DNA of 64,000 nucleotides, from the NCBI RefSeq assembly GCF_001194135.2, contig NC_069000.1, positions 6,500,582 to 6,564,581 on the forward strand, written 5' to 3'. Origin of the DNA: Octopus bimaculoides (lineage: Eukaryota). Shown piece by piece: positions 10,623 to 25,439 of the stretch. The position numbers and the translations under genes were made by a program. Numbering within the stretch: position 1 is the first letter of the stretch; each line of letters starts with the position of its first letter. A model generated the notes under the pieces. That model searched no databases. It saw only the letters and a list, made by a program, of their open reading frames with translations, and had not been told where the DNA came from.

Positions 10623-13539
10623 AGATATAGATAGGCAGATAGATATATCAATAAACAGATTCATAGACAGACAGATAGATTGTTGTTTAGCTTTAGATCA
10701 GTCCCAATTGAGCACATCTACAATCAAAGCCCTCCTGTTGTGGCCACTCCACAAACTTTTCTGAAGATGGAAGGGTGCAATTTGAGGAAGATCTGATTCT
10801 TATATCTAGCATGTCAAGTGACCATCATGAGGCATCATTTGTTACAGATGGATGGCAGCATCAGTAGAGCGTCAATCAAAATATCTTGTGTTTGGTAATG
10901 ATCCGCGAAAGTCTGGATTCAAACTCATTGGGTCTTCTTTGCCATGCAGCCCAGAAAAATAAAAATAAATATTGCAGCTGATATCAACAAAGTGCTCCAG
11001 CCTGGTCGCAGTACAGTGACAAAATCCAATGAAAGAATAGTGTTTCAACCAGTTTTCTAATTGCTAGAAATAGCAGCCAAATTTCCCTCAAATTGCATCT
11101 GCACCTTAGAAAAGGTACACTGGATTATTTAGATAGTGATACACTGACAGGATGGTCACGGTTGAAATTATTTTGATCATAGGTTTACTCAATGAGGGCT
11201 GACCTAGGATTAAACAACATAGCCGGTTGGCAGTGGAATGTAATGTAACTGATAATTGAAATCAGCAAATGTTGAATAAAAATGAAATTGAGATTATTTT
11301 CAAAATGAAAGAAAAATATCGTCGCTCCATTTTCACTGCGCGTATCGAAATCTTGAGAGATAGGGTGGGGAGAGGAGAGAAGAAGGGGGACGGGGACACA
11401 CACACACGTGTATGTGTGTGTGTGTGTGTGTATTGTAAGGAGATAGAGCGAAAAGACAGACAGGCATAGCAGGGAGTGGAATCTTCGTTACTCAACAGAG
11501 AGAGAGAATCTCTTTAGTTACCCGAACCCTAACGTGTACTGGATCTCGGAGATAGTCAGGTACACACGCAAACAACAACAACAACAACAACAACACCTCG
11601 CCATTTCCATGGTGATAGCAGCACAACAAGTAGAGCAGCATGTGACCTCTCTATCTCTGATACACTTTATCTTTTACTCCCGAGATTTAACAAGTAGTGA
11701 AAGAGAGGAGAGACAAACAGAAATAGGAAAATAGAGAGGGGAAGAGAGAGAGAGAGAGAGAGCTAGGATTCTTTGTGTGGTCACACGACCTGTTAAAAAT
11801 AGCAGCCAAATCCCCATCAAATCAAACACCCTACTACTCATGAAAAGGGTAGAAGGAAGAACACATTGCATAACGTAGTCTGCTAGTATGGAAAAAAAAA
11901 AAAGAAAAAGAGAGAGAGAGGGGGGAGGGTCATATCTGGAATGTCTTCGATCATATGATGCCTATCAGATCAGGACGGGGCTGGCGCGAACAGCAACAAC
12001 TACTACTAACAGGTGTCCCATAAGAGGCAGATGCGAAGTCTGTGACGCTCTGGAAAAATAAAACAATATTCGCTTTCGTAACTTTGATTTTTTTCTAGTA
12101 TTCCTTCCCAATCTTCATCCCCACTCTACACATATAAAAAGTATTCTTTTATACAATACAATTTATTACAAAATAACCAACAATGTTATATATTAATTTA
12201 ACACTAACATCTTTAAAGAACAAAGTTAAAGAAAAATAAATTTAACAAAACCTGTGTAAAAAAATACCGATTGTTTTTCAACCTTAAACAATTTACCCCT
12301 CGCCTAGAATCGTAAAAATTTCCTTCTGGTTATCCTAGAAAAATTCTGACTTTAAATATATAAATGCGTTTTTTTTTATGGTCATTGACCTGCATGTGTG
12401 GTTTGAAGAAGGAATAGCTTCTATTTTAATTCTATTTTCAACAAACTTAGCAAGGTTTCGGTGTTAGCACATGACTTCAGTGTCATGTACGAATGTGTGT
12501 GAATGCGTGTTTGACTGGTCAGCTTTGTCGAGCAGTTGAAGACGATGTCACAAATTTATGACATCATAGACTTTTACCGAAAGCTTGTCACCTTATTAAT
12601 TAATTAATCAAAAGTGAACGAAAGTTTTTCACTCCCTACCATCACGGTGGTTGTGTTGTGTTTTTGTCACTCACTCTGTGTCAGTAGTTTTGTGACATGA
12701 GCACAATGGACAGTTGTCGAGGGCCCCCACAGGTCCACGGAACCTACAGCCAATATATATATATATATATTTATATGCTGTGACTGCATGTGCAAGAGTT
12801 CCCAGTGCAGCCCGAGGCCCCTAAGCAAATCCCTGCACCAACCCTAGAATATTCATTCACAGCAAGTCACAACCTATATGGATCAGAACCGGGTCCGCTA
12901 GACCCGTGAACCCCAAGGCAACTTCCCAGTGTGTCGGTGTGCATTGCTACGCCTATATTACTATTGAACACAGTCCAAGTATTTAGACCAGAGCACCCCT
13001 CGCCACTCCTGTTAACCCTTGACTTAACGAATGAGAACGCTCTCTACGTGGTTGTTCACTTGTTAGAAACAGTAACAAAATCTCCATAGAGTAAACGTAT
13101 AATCTTAAAGAAAGGGAGGTACGTCAAAAAATGTAGACAGCCAGAGGTGATGGTCATAACTGGAATGAATGCTTTTGATGGTAATCCGAGGCCTAAAACC
13201 ACTCAAAACAAACGAATCTGCTAGAAATAGCAGCAACATCTATCTAACATATAAATATATATGCCCCACCCCCATCCTCCCACCAAAATAATAATAAAAG
13301 GAAGGCTACATTGGATAACGAAGTTTAAAATATACAAAAAAAAAAAAGGGACGGTCACGGTCCGAATGTCTTTTGATCATATGTGCGCTCAATCAAGGTT
13401 GACCTGGGTCTAAAAAAACGACAACGCTACCAAAACTTGCAGCAACCACAAGAAGAAGAATTATTAGTAGTAGAAGAGAAAGAAAGAAGCTTATCTCCAT
13501 AGCAATGGTACAACAGAGCTGGCAAGAGGTGATACATAC

Positions 13540-13583
<44 letters not shown>

Positions 13584-13593
13584 NNNNNNNNNN

Positions 13594-13643
<50 letters not shown>

Positions 13644-15229
13644 ACCACAGTATGTGTATGAGTCTCTCTCTCTCTCTCAGCTACCATTTCAATCTGTCTT
13701 GACTAATACAAGCCAGCTGTGTGTGTCTATGTCTAAATATAGACACCAACGATCTATTCCAGGCAGCAATTAATCTAGGCCGCAGTGCTTAACACATCTT
13801 AACTCCTCCTCCTTCGCCTCCTCCTCCTCCGCCTCCCACCATTAAGCATCCCTTCCTGTTTTGGGACTGGCTTGTTGGTGTGTTGGTTGGTCGGCGAGTT
13901 CTTTCGTTCCTTCACTTTCTCTCTCTCTCTCTCTCTCTCGCTTTTTTTTCTGTCTTTACTTTCTTCCTTCCTATCAGTCTTTCACTCTTTCTTCCGTCCT
14001 TTCACATGTCTCTTTTTTTTTCTCCTCACCTTTCTCTCTCTCTCTCTAACTGCTTTGCTCTTCATTCTTTTTTCTCTCCATCTATCTCTTTACTTTCTCC
14101 GTTTCTGTCCGGGGGGCGGGGGACTCTCCGTCATGGTTTAGAAAGACTTAGAGACTTAGCAGCCAGTGCCACATGGATAGGGATCTTAATAAAGGTTTAG
14201 CATTAGAGTAGACAGACAGGTAGATACATGGATAGAAGGATGGATATACATACATACACACAAACATATATACATACAAATGCATAGATAGATATCTTGT
14301 CTAAGACAGGCGTTTGATAGAAAGATAGCTAGATAGACGGAGAGCCAACCAGATAGAGAAAATACATGAGGATATGGACAGAGAGACAGGCAGACGGATG
14401 GATGGATGGACAAAATATTGAAGCTGAAGGCAGTCGTGGGGTGAAGGTAAGGAAGAAGATAAGGATTTAAAATAAGGAAAGAAATAGAGAATGGAGAGAA
14501 AAAGAAACAGGAATAAACGAAGGAGAAATAAAACAAGAAGGAAAGACATGAAGGAAGTCGGAAAATTACAAGGGTAGCTCGTGTTAGCACATGTGATCAT
14601 ATATATTATAGGCGTGTGTGTGTGTGAGTGTATATATATATATATATATATGCATATATAATGTGTATACTCTTTGGTTGTTTGTTAGTGATATATGGAA
14701 TCTGATTTCATTGCTATCTAGTAAAAATAAAAAACATGGTGTGAGTTTAGATGTATGTGTATATATGTGTGAGCAAGTATATATCAGACTCAGATGTGTA
14801 TATATATATATATATAAACACAGCACACTCCTTTTGTATGTATACTTAGCAGATTTGGTATGTATACAAGCACATTTGCATACAAAAGGGGTGCGTGCTG
14901 TATCAGTGAGTATGCACGTGCTAGTTTATGTGCAAACGTGTGTAGATTCTCCTGGTTAAAAATGTCTGCCATCGATAGAGAAGAGGGAAAGTGCTCAGAC
15001 AGCAAACCAGTGACAAGATTCTCTCATTGGAATTTAGACAGCATCAACAAGGAAGTCATATACATATGTACCTGCACAAGTGTGTCTATGTATATATGTG
15101 TGTGTGTGCATATATGCATGTCATTGTGTTTGACTTGTGTGTATAAATACGTATACATATATTTGCATGTTTACATGTGTGTCGTATTAGCTCTCTCGAG
15201 CACAGTTGTATTGGGGATTTTATCCGGCT

Positions 15230-15655
15230 TGATATGTCAAGCATTTATGCTTTCCTGAGCAAATTCCAGCTGCAGTGGAATGGACACGTAGAGCGCATAC
15301 GTGACTCCAGACTCCCGAAGCAGATCTTCTTTAGCTGGCACTTGCTCATGAGGGGGTCCAGAGAAGAGACACAATGACACTCTCAAGAGAGCCTTGAAAA
15401 AGTGTAGCCTAGCGCAGTTTACATAGGAGTGTCTTCCTCAGCAGTGCTCACTATAGTGGACTGCTATGTACTCTAGTGTACACTGCTCTCAATCTGATAT
15501 GACCAGAGAAAATAAAGAAAGAAAGGCTGCATGGAAAATAAAGAGTCTCACCGAGTCCTGACTCCAGTATTACATGCTCGCACTGAAACTGTGAATTCCA
15601 TACCAAAATTGGCCCAATAAACCACCTCAGAACCCACAAAGTGTAAAGCTGATAA
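15230..15655 (+). pseudogene. Decayed RTE-clade LINE C-terminal fragment
   Basis: SIYAFLSKFQLQWNGHVERIRDSRLPKQIFF resembles the RTE post-RT motif QLRW.GHV.RM.D.RLPK, and ends with KIGPINHLRTHK (RIGL.SH.RTH-type terminus). Confidence 0.8.
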
Positions 15656-15864
15656 CCTGATCCTCTTCAGACATAAATGAACCTAATATGTATGTGTATG
15701 TCATCATCTTCATTTAATGTCCATATTCCATGCTGCTGGCATGAGATAGACATTTTGACAAGGATCCATTGAGTGAAGGACTGCATTATACTTCAGTGTC
15801 TGCTTTGGCATGGGTTCTATGGCTGGATGCCCTTCCTAATGGCAACCAATTTTGCCAGTTGAGT

Positions 15865-15985
15865 ATACTGGAGCAACATGGAATGAATTGTCTTGCTCAA
15901 GGACACAACACATCACCAAGGATTGAACTCACGACCTTACGATCATGAGCCAAATGCCCTAACCACTAAGCCATGCCCCTTCACT
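15865..15985 (-). mobile_element. tRNA-headed CORE-like SINE; related pieces at about 18455(-), 23480, 24165, 27560(-) and 57715(-)
   Basis: tggcttagtgg A box, gagttcaatcc B box, gtgtccttgagcaag CORE-like segment. Confidence 0.7.
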
Positions 15986-16780
15986 AGTGACATAACATGG
16001 TACCCCAGTAATTACATGTATAATACTATAGTCTAGTGCTAACACTTGTGCACATGACCATATCCCCATCTCATATCACCATGTCTGGTCTTGTATTTTA
16101 CAGAGGTTTCGACTGGAATATGCCATTAATCTTCTTTCATATCAAGGATGAATATTCCTTTGTCATCATAGTAATTTATTGTATTTTGATCACCGTTCTA
16201 TCCTCTCCAAATATTTCGTTGTGTACTGTATTGACCACAACATTGTCTCACAGCAGTGCTGGATAAACCATGAACCAAAATAAGCACATGCTCAGGGTAT
16301 CAAGTTACCTATGTGCTTTGGAAGAAAGATGTGCGGGGAAAAAAAAAAACCCTTTGTTAACAAGCAGGTGAGGGTTAGTGATAGGAAGGGTGTCTGGCTC
16401 TGGCTATAAAAGAATTTCTTGATATGTACTCATCTAACCCATGCTGACATGGAAAATCAGACATAAAGCAAATGAATAAAATAAGAAAAAATATGTATAT
16501 AGAAAAACAAAACAAAAATGAAGTATAAAGAAATACGTGCACATACTACAATATACACACAGATTACATATAATATTACACACACTTCATCATACATGAC
16601 ACTACACCTACACATTATATACACACACACACCCGCATACTGCTATAACAATACTGCAAATACATTGAAATTGTAGGATTTCCCACAACTAAAAGAATTC
16701 TATTGGAGACCAAAAAACGGTTAAATTTCACTGCAAACATGCACGCACACATGAATATTCATAAATATACACACAAATAC

Positions 16781-16814
<34 letters not shown>

Positions 16815-17547
16815 TTCACATACAAGCACCTACACTCACAGCTCTCTCTCTCTCTCTATATATATACACACACACACAAATATGAATACACACACAAATA
16901 AATATACATACATGCACACATGTAAATACATACGCAAACATGCAAGCACAGACACAAAAACATGCACACAATACACACACGCACACTTGAATTGTGCAGT
17001 GAAACATTTTATTATCAAAAATAATTAGGAAATGAAAAAGAAATATTTGCATTTTAATTATTTTTTTATTTTGATAAACTTTTCTTTTTTTACTTGTTTC
17101 AGTCATCGTACAACGGCCATACTGGGGCTCTACCTTAAAGGTTGATTTGTTCGACTAAAGCCCTTCAAGCCGGTGCCCCAGCATGGCCGCAGTCAGATGA
17201 CTGAAATAAGTAAAAGATAAAAGTAAACAATGTAGGGTGTGATTTGAGGTTAAACTTGACAACTATTTCTAGCATGTCAAATGACCACTGAAGAGACTCA
17301 CTCTCCCTCCCTCTCTTTCTCACATACGTTGTTGTTGTTGCTATAACCACACACTTCTTAGAGAACCAAGTAGAGTGAATTAACCACAAATTTCTGAATA
17401 CAAAGAATTCTTGTGGTATACAACATCATCATCACCCACACATTTCCTTCCTGTTCTCTCACCCCCTCCACACACACAAACCTCACCCCCAAGAGATCAG
17501 CACAGTAATAATCTCCTCTTCCTGCAACTCCCTCTACTGCTGCCATA

Positions 17548-18017
17548 NNNNNNNNNNNNNNNNNNNNNNNNNNNNNNNNNNNNNNNNNNNNNNNNNNNNN
17601 NNNNNNNNNNNNNNNNNNNNNNNNNNNNNNNNNNNNNNNNNNNNNNNNNNNNNNNNNNNNNNNNNNNNNNNNNNNNNNNNNNNNNNNNNNNNNNNNNNNN
17701 NNNNNNNNNNNNNNNNNNNNNNNNNNNNNNNNNNNNNNNNNNNNNNNNNNNNNNNNNNNNNNNNNNNNNNNNNNNNNNNNNNNNNNNNNNNNNNNNNNNN
17801 NNNNNNNNNNNNNNNNNNNNNNNNNNNNNNNNNNNNNNNNNNNNNNNNNNNNNNNNNNNNNNNNNNNNNNNNNNNNNNNNNNNNNNNNNNNNNNNNNNNN
17901 NNNNNNNNNNNNNNNNNNNNNNNNNNNNNNNNNNNNNNNNNNNNNNNNNNNNNNNNNNNNNNNNNNNNNNNNNNNNNNNNNNNNNNNNNNNNNNNNNNNN
18001 NNNNNNNNNNNNNNNNN
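17548..18017. other. Assembly gap; other large gaps at about 8203-8361, 32797-32918, 59377-59766 and 61666-62211
   Basis: Runs of N. Confidence 0.99.
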
Positions 18018-19689
18018 CAGCAGCAGAAGATAGTTTTTTTGTCACAAGGGACATCGCGGGGAGAGTAAAAACTGATTTTGCATACAAGTGAGTATGAGAA
18101 ACAAGAAATCGAGTTTAGGCACAGGCCTGGCTGTTATACCAACTTGGATATACGAGACCCCCCCACCCCGTTGTTGTTTAGCCCAAGGTCAGCACTGAAC
18201 CAGCAGATCTTTGATCACATCTGGAATGTGTTTGATCCAAGGTCAATTCTATCAGGGTTGGCCAGAGCTAAACAACATTTACACACACACATGCGTGTGT
18301 GTGCATGGACTCTTCTGTTGTAGATGACAAATGAAGTGCTGTAATTTCTTACTGAACAAACTGCACAACTGATTGTTCATAATGGTCAAATGTTTATGCT
18401 GTGCATTAGCTCCATGAAATCGACACTGCTGGTACAGATCCATGATGTGCCACATGTCAGATACTGGAGTGATTGCAGAGCAACACGAGGTGAAGTGTTT
18501 TGCTCAAGAACACAATGTACTGCATCTACAGGGAATCTGAAGGGTCAATGCTGAAGGGTTAAAATCATACCCAGGACAATGAGGTACATAAAAGGACTAC
18601 AACTGCAGATGTACCACAAATGCAAGAACATCAAACTTCAGGTGACTCACAACTGCAAGCACAGCGCTGCACAACACAGCAAGTGCATAGAAAACTGTAG
18701 GGCCATCACGCAACTGCAAATGCAGCACAACTTCCTGTGTACCACAACTGCAACTCTATCACATAAACATATTATACACCACAGCTGAATTACAACTATA
18801 CTTGTACTACAACAAATGCAAAATGTACCAATACTACAAAACCAGGTGCATCACATCTGAAATGTGTCAATTTCTTATCTTTAGTAGTAAATAAAATATT
18901 CTTAAAATCATAAAAAAAAAAAAATGGAATTTTCGTTGCATTATTCTTTTTTTTTATATACTTTTATTTTTTCTTTGATGGGTGGTGATGGTGATGGTGG
19001 AATGTAAGGGTGGGTGGATTTTTTGTTTTGTTTTTTATTATTTTATTACAGAAATATTGTAACAATCCTTTAATATGATTATGTAATATAGAAATGATGA
19101 AACTAGATAACACCTCGTCTTTTTTTTAATTATGTCAAAAGAAACCATATATACATATCTTAATATCCTTATATCTTCATATACTTATATAAACATATAT
19201 ACATAATTACATACACACACATACATATTTACATACATACATAAAAACATTTATAACATATATGTACATACTTATATACATACACAAACACATATCCATA
19301 TACACATATTCATATACACATATACATATATCCATATTCATATACATACATATACACATATCCATATTTATATACATACACACACACACATATACATATA
19401 TACATACACATATATACACACATGCATATGTTATTGAAAGCAGAGTCTCTTTGTTTCTCATTTCCAACCCTCATAAATGTCTGCACTGAGGTGAGGTCTA
19501 TGGCTTGAAGAGCTATGGGAGGGCGCATGAATATCAGATAGAGCCTTTCCTAAAAAGAAAAGGGTCTCATACACCACTTCAATTTTTGGAGTACATCCCC
19601 TCCATACAGGAACTTTAAAGTAGTTTGTTCAACCTTCCAAAATTGCCAATGAAAGGTACTCTTTCTTTCTTTCTTTCTCTCTCTGTTAC

Positions 19690-19918
19690 TGTCTCCTTGC
19701 TTTGACATCACATGATGGTTCCAAACGAGTGTCACTGCAATGTAAGCAACCTTCTGTGAAAAACACGTCTGGCCATGGACAAATATGACCTTATTTGAAA
19801 ACATGTGAGGAATGGTGAACAGGAAAGGCATCTGACCATAGAAAACCTGCCTCAACAAATTCCACCTGACCCATGCAAGCATGAAAAAGAGGATATCAAA
19901 ACGATGATGATGATGATA
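19690..19918 (+). mobile_element. Family B-related subfamily H; copies at about 29940, 41770(-), 44020(-) and 58790
   Basis: Same aggaagggcatc motif and (GAT)n tail, different 5' body (ggaaatattaccttg). Confidence 0.7.
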
Positions 19919-22610
19919 TAACATATCTAGTTTCCATGCTGATATGAGTTTGGTGGTTCAATAAGATCCAGAGGGATGGAAGATCACATCTAGCTCAAAC
20001 ACATTTTGGGATTGGTTTCTGATAGTCATCATCAAAACTCTTATGTCCATTTTCCCATGTTGGCATGAGTTGGATGGATCTCTTCACCCCAAGTAAAACT
20101 GTGATTGAGTAGACCTATGATCAAACTTGTTACAATCATAACCGCCCCAAACTCAGTGTAAAGGGAGCAAGTAATATTTCATGCACATGTGTTTTATCAT
20201 GTGGCCCTCTCTCACTTAGAAATGGCACGATGGGACCCCTAGTTGAGGAAAAGTTGCCCATCCCTGCTCTAGATTAACCAAGTATCTTCTTAGATTATGA
20301 CTCCAATGTTAAAAAATAGGCTCACAAATTCTTTTAAAAATAAATGATTGCATACGTGTATGTGAGATTGTGGGATGTGTAGACAATTGTTTCAATCCCA
20401 GCATGCAACTGGTATATATATATATTTTTTCATATCAGTCCTCCATGTAAGAATTGAACTTAAAACTAATCCACGATCAGAGTAAGTATGAGTCAACACA
20501 TGGCCCGGCTGCTCCAAGGTTTCTCCATGATTCCACAGCTAATGTTAAAAACAATACGAAATGAGTGAAGTGACAAGCAGCCATGCTTTAATAATAATTT
20601 ACGTCATTTAGTGATTAGCTTGTGGAGAAAGTAAACGAGAGAGGCAAAGGAATTAAGAACAGTCTTAGCCATTGTGTTACACATAATGGACAAACATAGA
20701 TATATTAAGACATGTGTTCATCATTCTTGTTCTAATTGAAAAACACCTGCTATCATACAGAAAAGTACTTGTGTGTAAAACAGTTCAACAATTTAATAAG
20801 TTTAAGACAACATATTGAAAGGTAAGACCTAGACAATAGCAACAACAACTTTCTCTCTGCAAACAATGAAACACTGATAGCATTTTTCTTAGTGCAAGCA
20901 TGTCTGTGTCCTAAGAACATAGTTTAATGACCACATGGTTTTGAGTTCAATCCTGTGGCACCTTAGGCAAGTGTTTTCTGCTATAGTATCAGGTCGACCA
21001 ACCCAAGCCTTGTAAGTGGATTTGGTAGAGGGAGACTGAAAGAAGCCCGTTGTGTGTGTGTGAGTGTGTGTGTATATACATACATGAATGTATATACATG
21101 TGTGTGTTACTGTCTCCTTGTGTGATAGATGTAAATGTATGTTACCATCATTTGACAGAGCAACATGAATGCTAAAGAATTAATTATACATGATCTTGTA
21201 GCTTCAAGATTTCAATGATGTGGTTGTTTATTTTCATAATGACATTGTAGAGAAAGTGTGAGAGGCCAGGTCTGGAGAGTTTGAACAAAAAACAGGCAGA
21301 ATATTTGGGCCAGATATGGCCAGTTTAAATGCTTGCTACCTTAATCCTTTTGTTACCAAATACGCTACATCTGTTTCAGTTAATTCTGAAAATAAGGAAG
21401 AATTTTCTAAAATAACTTATTATTTAGCTGGCGTTTGGAACTTAGGAAGTTTTATCATAGAACTTGGGGTTGTTACAGATGGGTTGGTATTAAAAATAAT
21501 AATTCACCCATTTTCAAACCCACTATTCCTGGGAGGGTTATGGTGGCAGAGTCTTCAGGTCCCTCCTTCATGAGGCTGTCATAAGCAGCAGGTAAAGACT
21601 AGGAACTAGTGGAGGAGGCTAAATACTACTGACTAAATGTAGCAGGTGTCTCCTCTAAGGCTCTGGGATCATAAATTTGGATGAAGGATGAAATTTCCAG
21701 CCTCCACTATTCTGATGTATGACCACACACAAGTACCCCACTTCCCCCCCCCCCATCTGTCAGATTGTGTTATGGAGTGAATCCCACAAGGTGTGAGGAT
21801 TTGCTTCCAGAAGCTAAAACTGAAGGAAGGACCACTGTGGTTATTGCAACAATGGCCCAAAACATTCAGAATAACATCAAAGGACAAAATGCAACAACAA
21901 TCCTTTCTACTGCAGGCATTCATAAAATGGGAAATGATGATGTTGAATGTTGTGATGGTGATGATGATGGTGGTGGTGGTGACAAGTATAATGAGGACAA
22001 TGATGATGACAATAATGGTGTGTGGGGAGGGAGCGAATAGATTACACTGGTCCCAGGGCTCAAGTCCGGTACTTATTTTATCGACCCTGAAAGGATGAGG
22101 GACAAAGTCAACCTTGATGGGATTTGATCTCAGAATGTAAAGCTTGAAGTAATATTGTCACTAAGCATTTTGTTCAGCGTGCTAACAAATAAGACACTGG
22201 CAATGAAAATGATGATGGTGATTGTGATGGTGATGATGATGACGACTGCAACAACAATGACAATAATAAGAAATTAGATAAGAAATGTCATGTGACAAAA
22301 TTTGCTTTTAAACAAAGCCCCCTCAAGACCAAATATTTCGACGTGGGGTTCCCTTCACACCCCTCAATCTACTTCCAGCCGCCACATGATAACCCCTTGA
22401 TCCTTGACCTCAACCTAAACCCCGGACAGAAACCCCAAAACCCCATCTCACAGCCTTCTTTCTATATTGTTGCTATTGGTTACCAATAGCAACAATATGT
22501 AGAGACATGTCCAGACATATTCAGTGGACAGACTGGCAGCCACTGACCAATACAACATACACACACACAGAATTCTGTGTGTGTGTATGTACACAGACAG
22601 ACAGATACAC

Positions 22611-22652
<42 letters not shown>

Positions 22653-22959
22653 ATGGATAGATTAGTAGTAGTAGTAGTAGATGGCTGTGATAGTAATCAT
22701 AATAATGATGGTGGTGGTGGTGGTGGCGGTGGTTTAGAGGAAGACTGGTTAATATTGATTAGCACTGGCTCTATCTCTCTCTCTCTCTCTTTCCCTAATG
22801 AAGGGAGGAGAAAAGTCTCTTCCTCCTCCCCACACGTTGTCTGTAGACAGGGAGGGAGGGGGGAAACCATTTAGAGTGGAAGAAGGTATTTACTTATGAA
22901 CAATAAGACAGTCAGCAGACAATGAATGGCGTGAGTAGGGCACTGATCAAATATTTCAT

Positions 22960-23397
22960 TTCTGCATTGGTTTCAGCCAGTCACTGTGGCCATGCTGGAG
23001 TGCCACCTCGTTATCTATCTATTCTTTTATTCTTTTCAGTCATTTGACTGTGGCCATGTTGGAGCACCACCTTGAAGTATGTTAGTCAAACAAATCGATC
23101 CCAGGACTTATCTTTTAAGCCTAGTGCTTATTCTATAGGTCTCTTTTGCTGAACTGCTAAGTTACAGGGACACAATAACACCAGTTGTCAAGCAGTGAGG
23201 AGGTGGGGGCCAAACACAGACACAAAGACACACATACATAGATACATACATACGTATTAATATATATATATATATATATATATGAAAGGTTTCTTTCAGT
23301 TTCTGTCTAACAAATCCACTCACAAGGCTTCGGTTGGCCCAAGGCTATAGTAGAAGACACTTGCCCAAGGTGCCATGCAGTGGGACTGAACTCAGAA

Positions 23398-23400
<3 letters not shown>
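22960..23400 (-). mobile_element. SINE family A, near full length
   Basis: Reverse complement of the family A head, body and 3' tail (gctccagcatggccgcagtcaaatgactgaaac). Confidence 0.8.
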
Positions 23401-23441
<41 letters not shown>

Positions 23442-25439
23442 TGAAGTAATTAGGATGTAAGGCTCTGATTATGGTTTCCTCTCCTGGACTAAGCAATACA
23501 TTGTGTGCTTGAGCAAGGCACTTAACTTCACATTACTCCAGTCCACTATACTGTAAGTGAGTAGCAGCTTGCAGCTGTGCAACCCTAACCTCTCACTGGT
23601 AATCACATTCTCAACATTTCTCTGGGTTAAGGATGGACATGCTGGAAGTTTATCAACTACATAGGAGCCAGAAACAATCCGCAAAAAGCAGGTATCACTG
23701 TGTGATCTGCTTCAAACCATGTGGTTTTGGGTTCAGTCCTACTGTACAGCATCTTGGGCAGATGTTTTCTACAATAGTCCTGGACGGAGCAAAGTCTTGT
23801 GAATGGATTTGGTTGAGAGAAAAACTAAAGAAAGCCTGGTATGTGTGTTGGCGTAAGTGTTCACGTGTGCAAGCACACACGTGTGTCTGTGTATATGTGA
23901 CATCCTGGATTGCATCCAGAGAAGAGCCACTTGAATAATTGGCACTCCATCGCAAATGGACAAACGTAAGCCTCTGGCACGCTCCACAGTCTTCTATCTG
24001 TCTTTTTTTATCACTACTATAATGACCTCTGCTCCTTGGACATGGCTAGTCTTGTACCCCCACCCCCTAGACATGTCCATCCCTTCCAGCTTTCTATGGT
24101 AGCCTCAACAAAATTCTGTCCAACCCATGAAAAAATTGACATTTAAACAATAAGGAATTTTCGTGTTGGTTCGTGATATAAGATTGTGGGTTCAGTTCTT
24201 GGACCAGACAGTGCATTATATCCTTGAGCAAGGCACTTCATTTCACCATGGTCCAGTCTACTCATCTGTAAAAGAGTACCAGCCATGTACAAGTACAGCC
24301 CTTCCTCATTTTTTAGCTGTCACATCTTGGATGTGCTGCGAGGAGTCTGAGAGGATGCTCATGTCTGCTCCCCACCACACTAATTACTATGTCCAATCCC
24401 TAGAACTGTCCCCTTGTAATCTCTGTACTCTGTGTTTTATTATGCCCATAATTCCCCTGGACTATAGAAAAATTGTCTTGTATGAAACTGGTTCAAAAGA
24501 AGGATGGGGACTGCTGCTTTTGGGGGTCAATAAAATAAAGTACTGGGGTTCGTTCCCACTTCTCTAAATATAGAAGTGCAAGATTTTGTGGCCCTGGGGA
24601 GGGGATATCCAGCAACAGGTGATGTGGGGCATCAGTTGAAGTATGCTGCTGTCATACCAACAAGGTGGCAGAATCATTAGCATGTGAGGCAAATTGCTTA
24701 GCGGAACTTGTGGCTCTTTATATCCTGAGTTCAAATCTTACTCTCGTTCATGAGAGCAGTCAAGTTTACTTCATTGTTATTAAACACTATATTACTGCAC
24801 ATACAACACCCCCATCCTATGATTCTCTCATGCATACACACACCAGCCTCCTTCTCTGAAATGGACCGTATGTGTGAATGGTACACACAAACACACCTAC
24901 ATAAGAATGAACACCACACACCAATTATTATCCTCAACTGTCTTATAAACACCTCACCATCATCATCATCATCACCATTGATGTCATGGTGATAGCAACA
25001 ACAACAACAACAGCAACAACAACAAGCTGAGTCTCAGACGCTTCATCGATCTACCACAACTCCTTCCCCTACAATATACACAAGTCTGTTTGTCCTTACA
25101 TAAAGACAACAGACAAGTGAGCGAGACACACTCGATTTACAACCAACAAACTGCTGCCAGCATCCATGTCTCGCCCCCCCCCACACCTTTCCAAGGCATC
25201 ATTCTCAATGTCCAAGTCCATTTCATGTGATTGTGATTGTGTGCGTGTGTATGCATTACACATGCACACATATATACATACACACACACACAAAAACATA
25301 TATATATACAAACACACACAAAAACATATATACATACGCATATACATACATACATACATACATACACACATATATCTTTTATCTTTTATGTATTTCAGTC
25401 ATTAGGCTGCAGCCATGCTGGAGCACTACTTTGAAGAAG

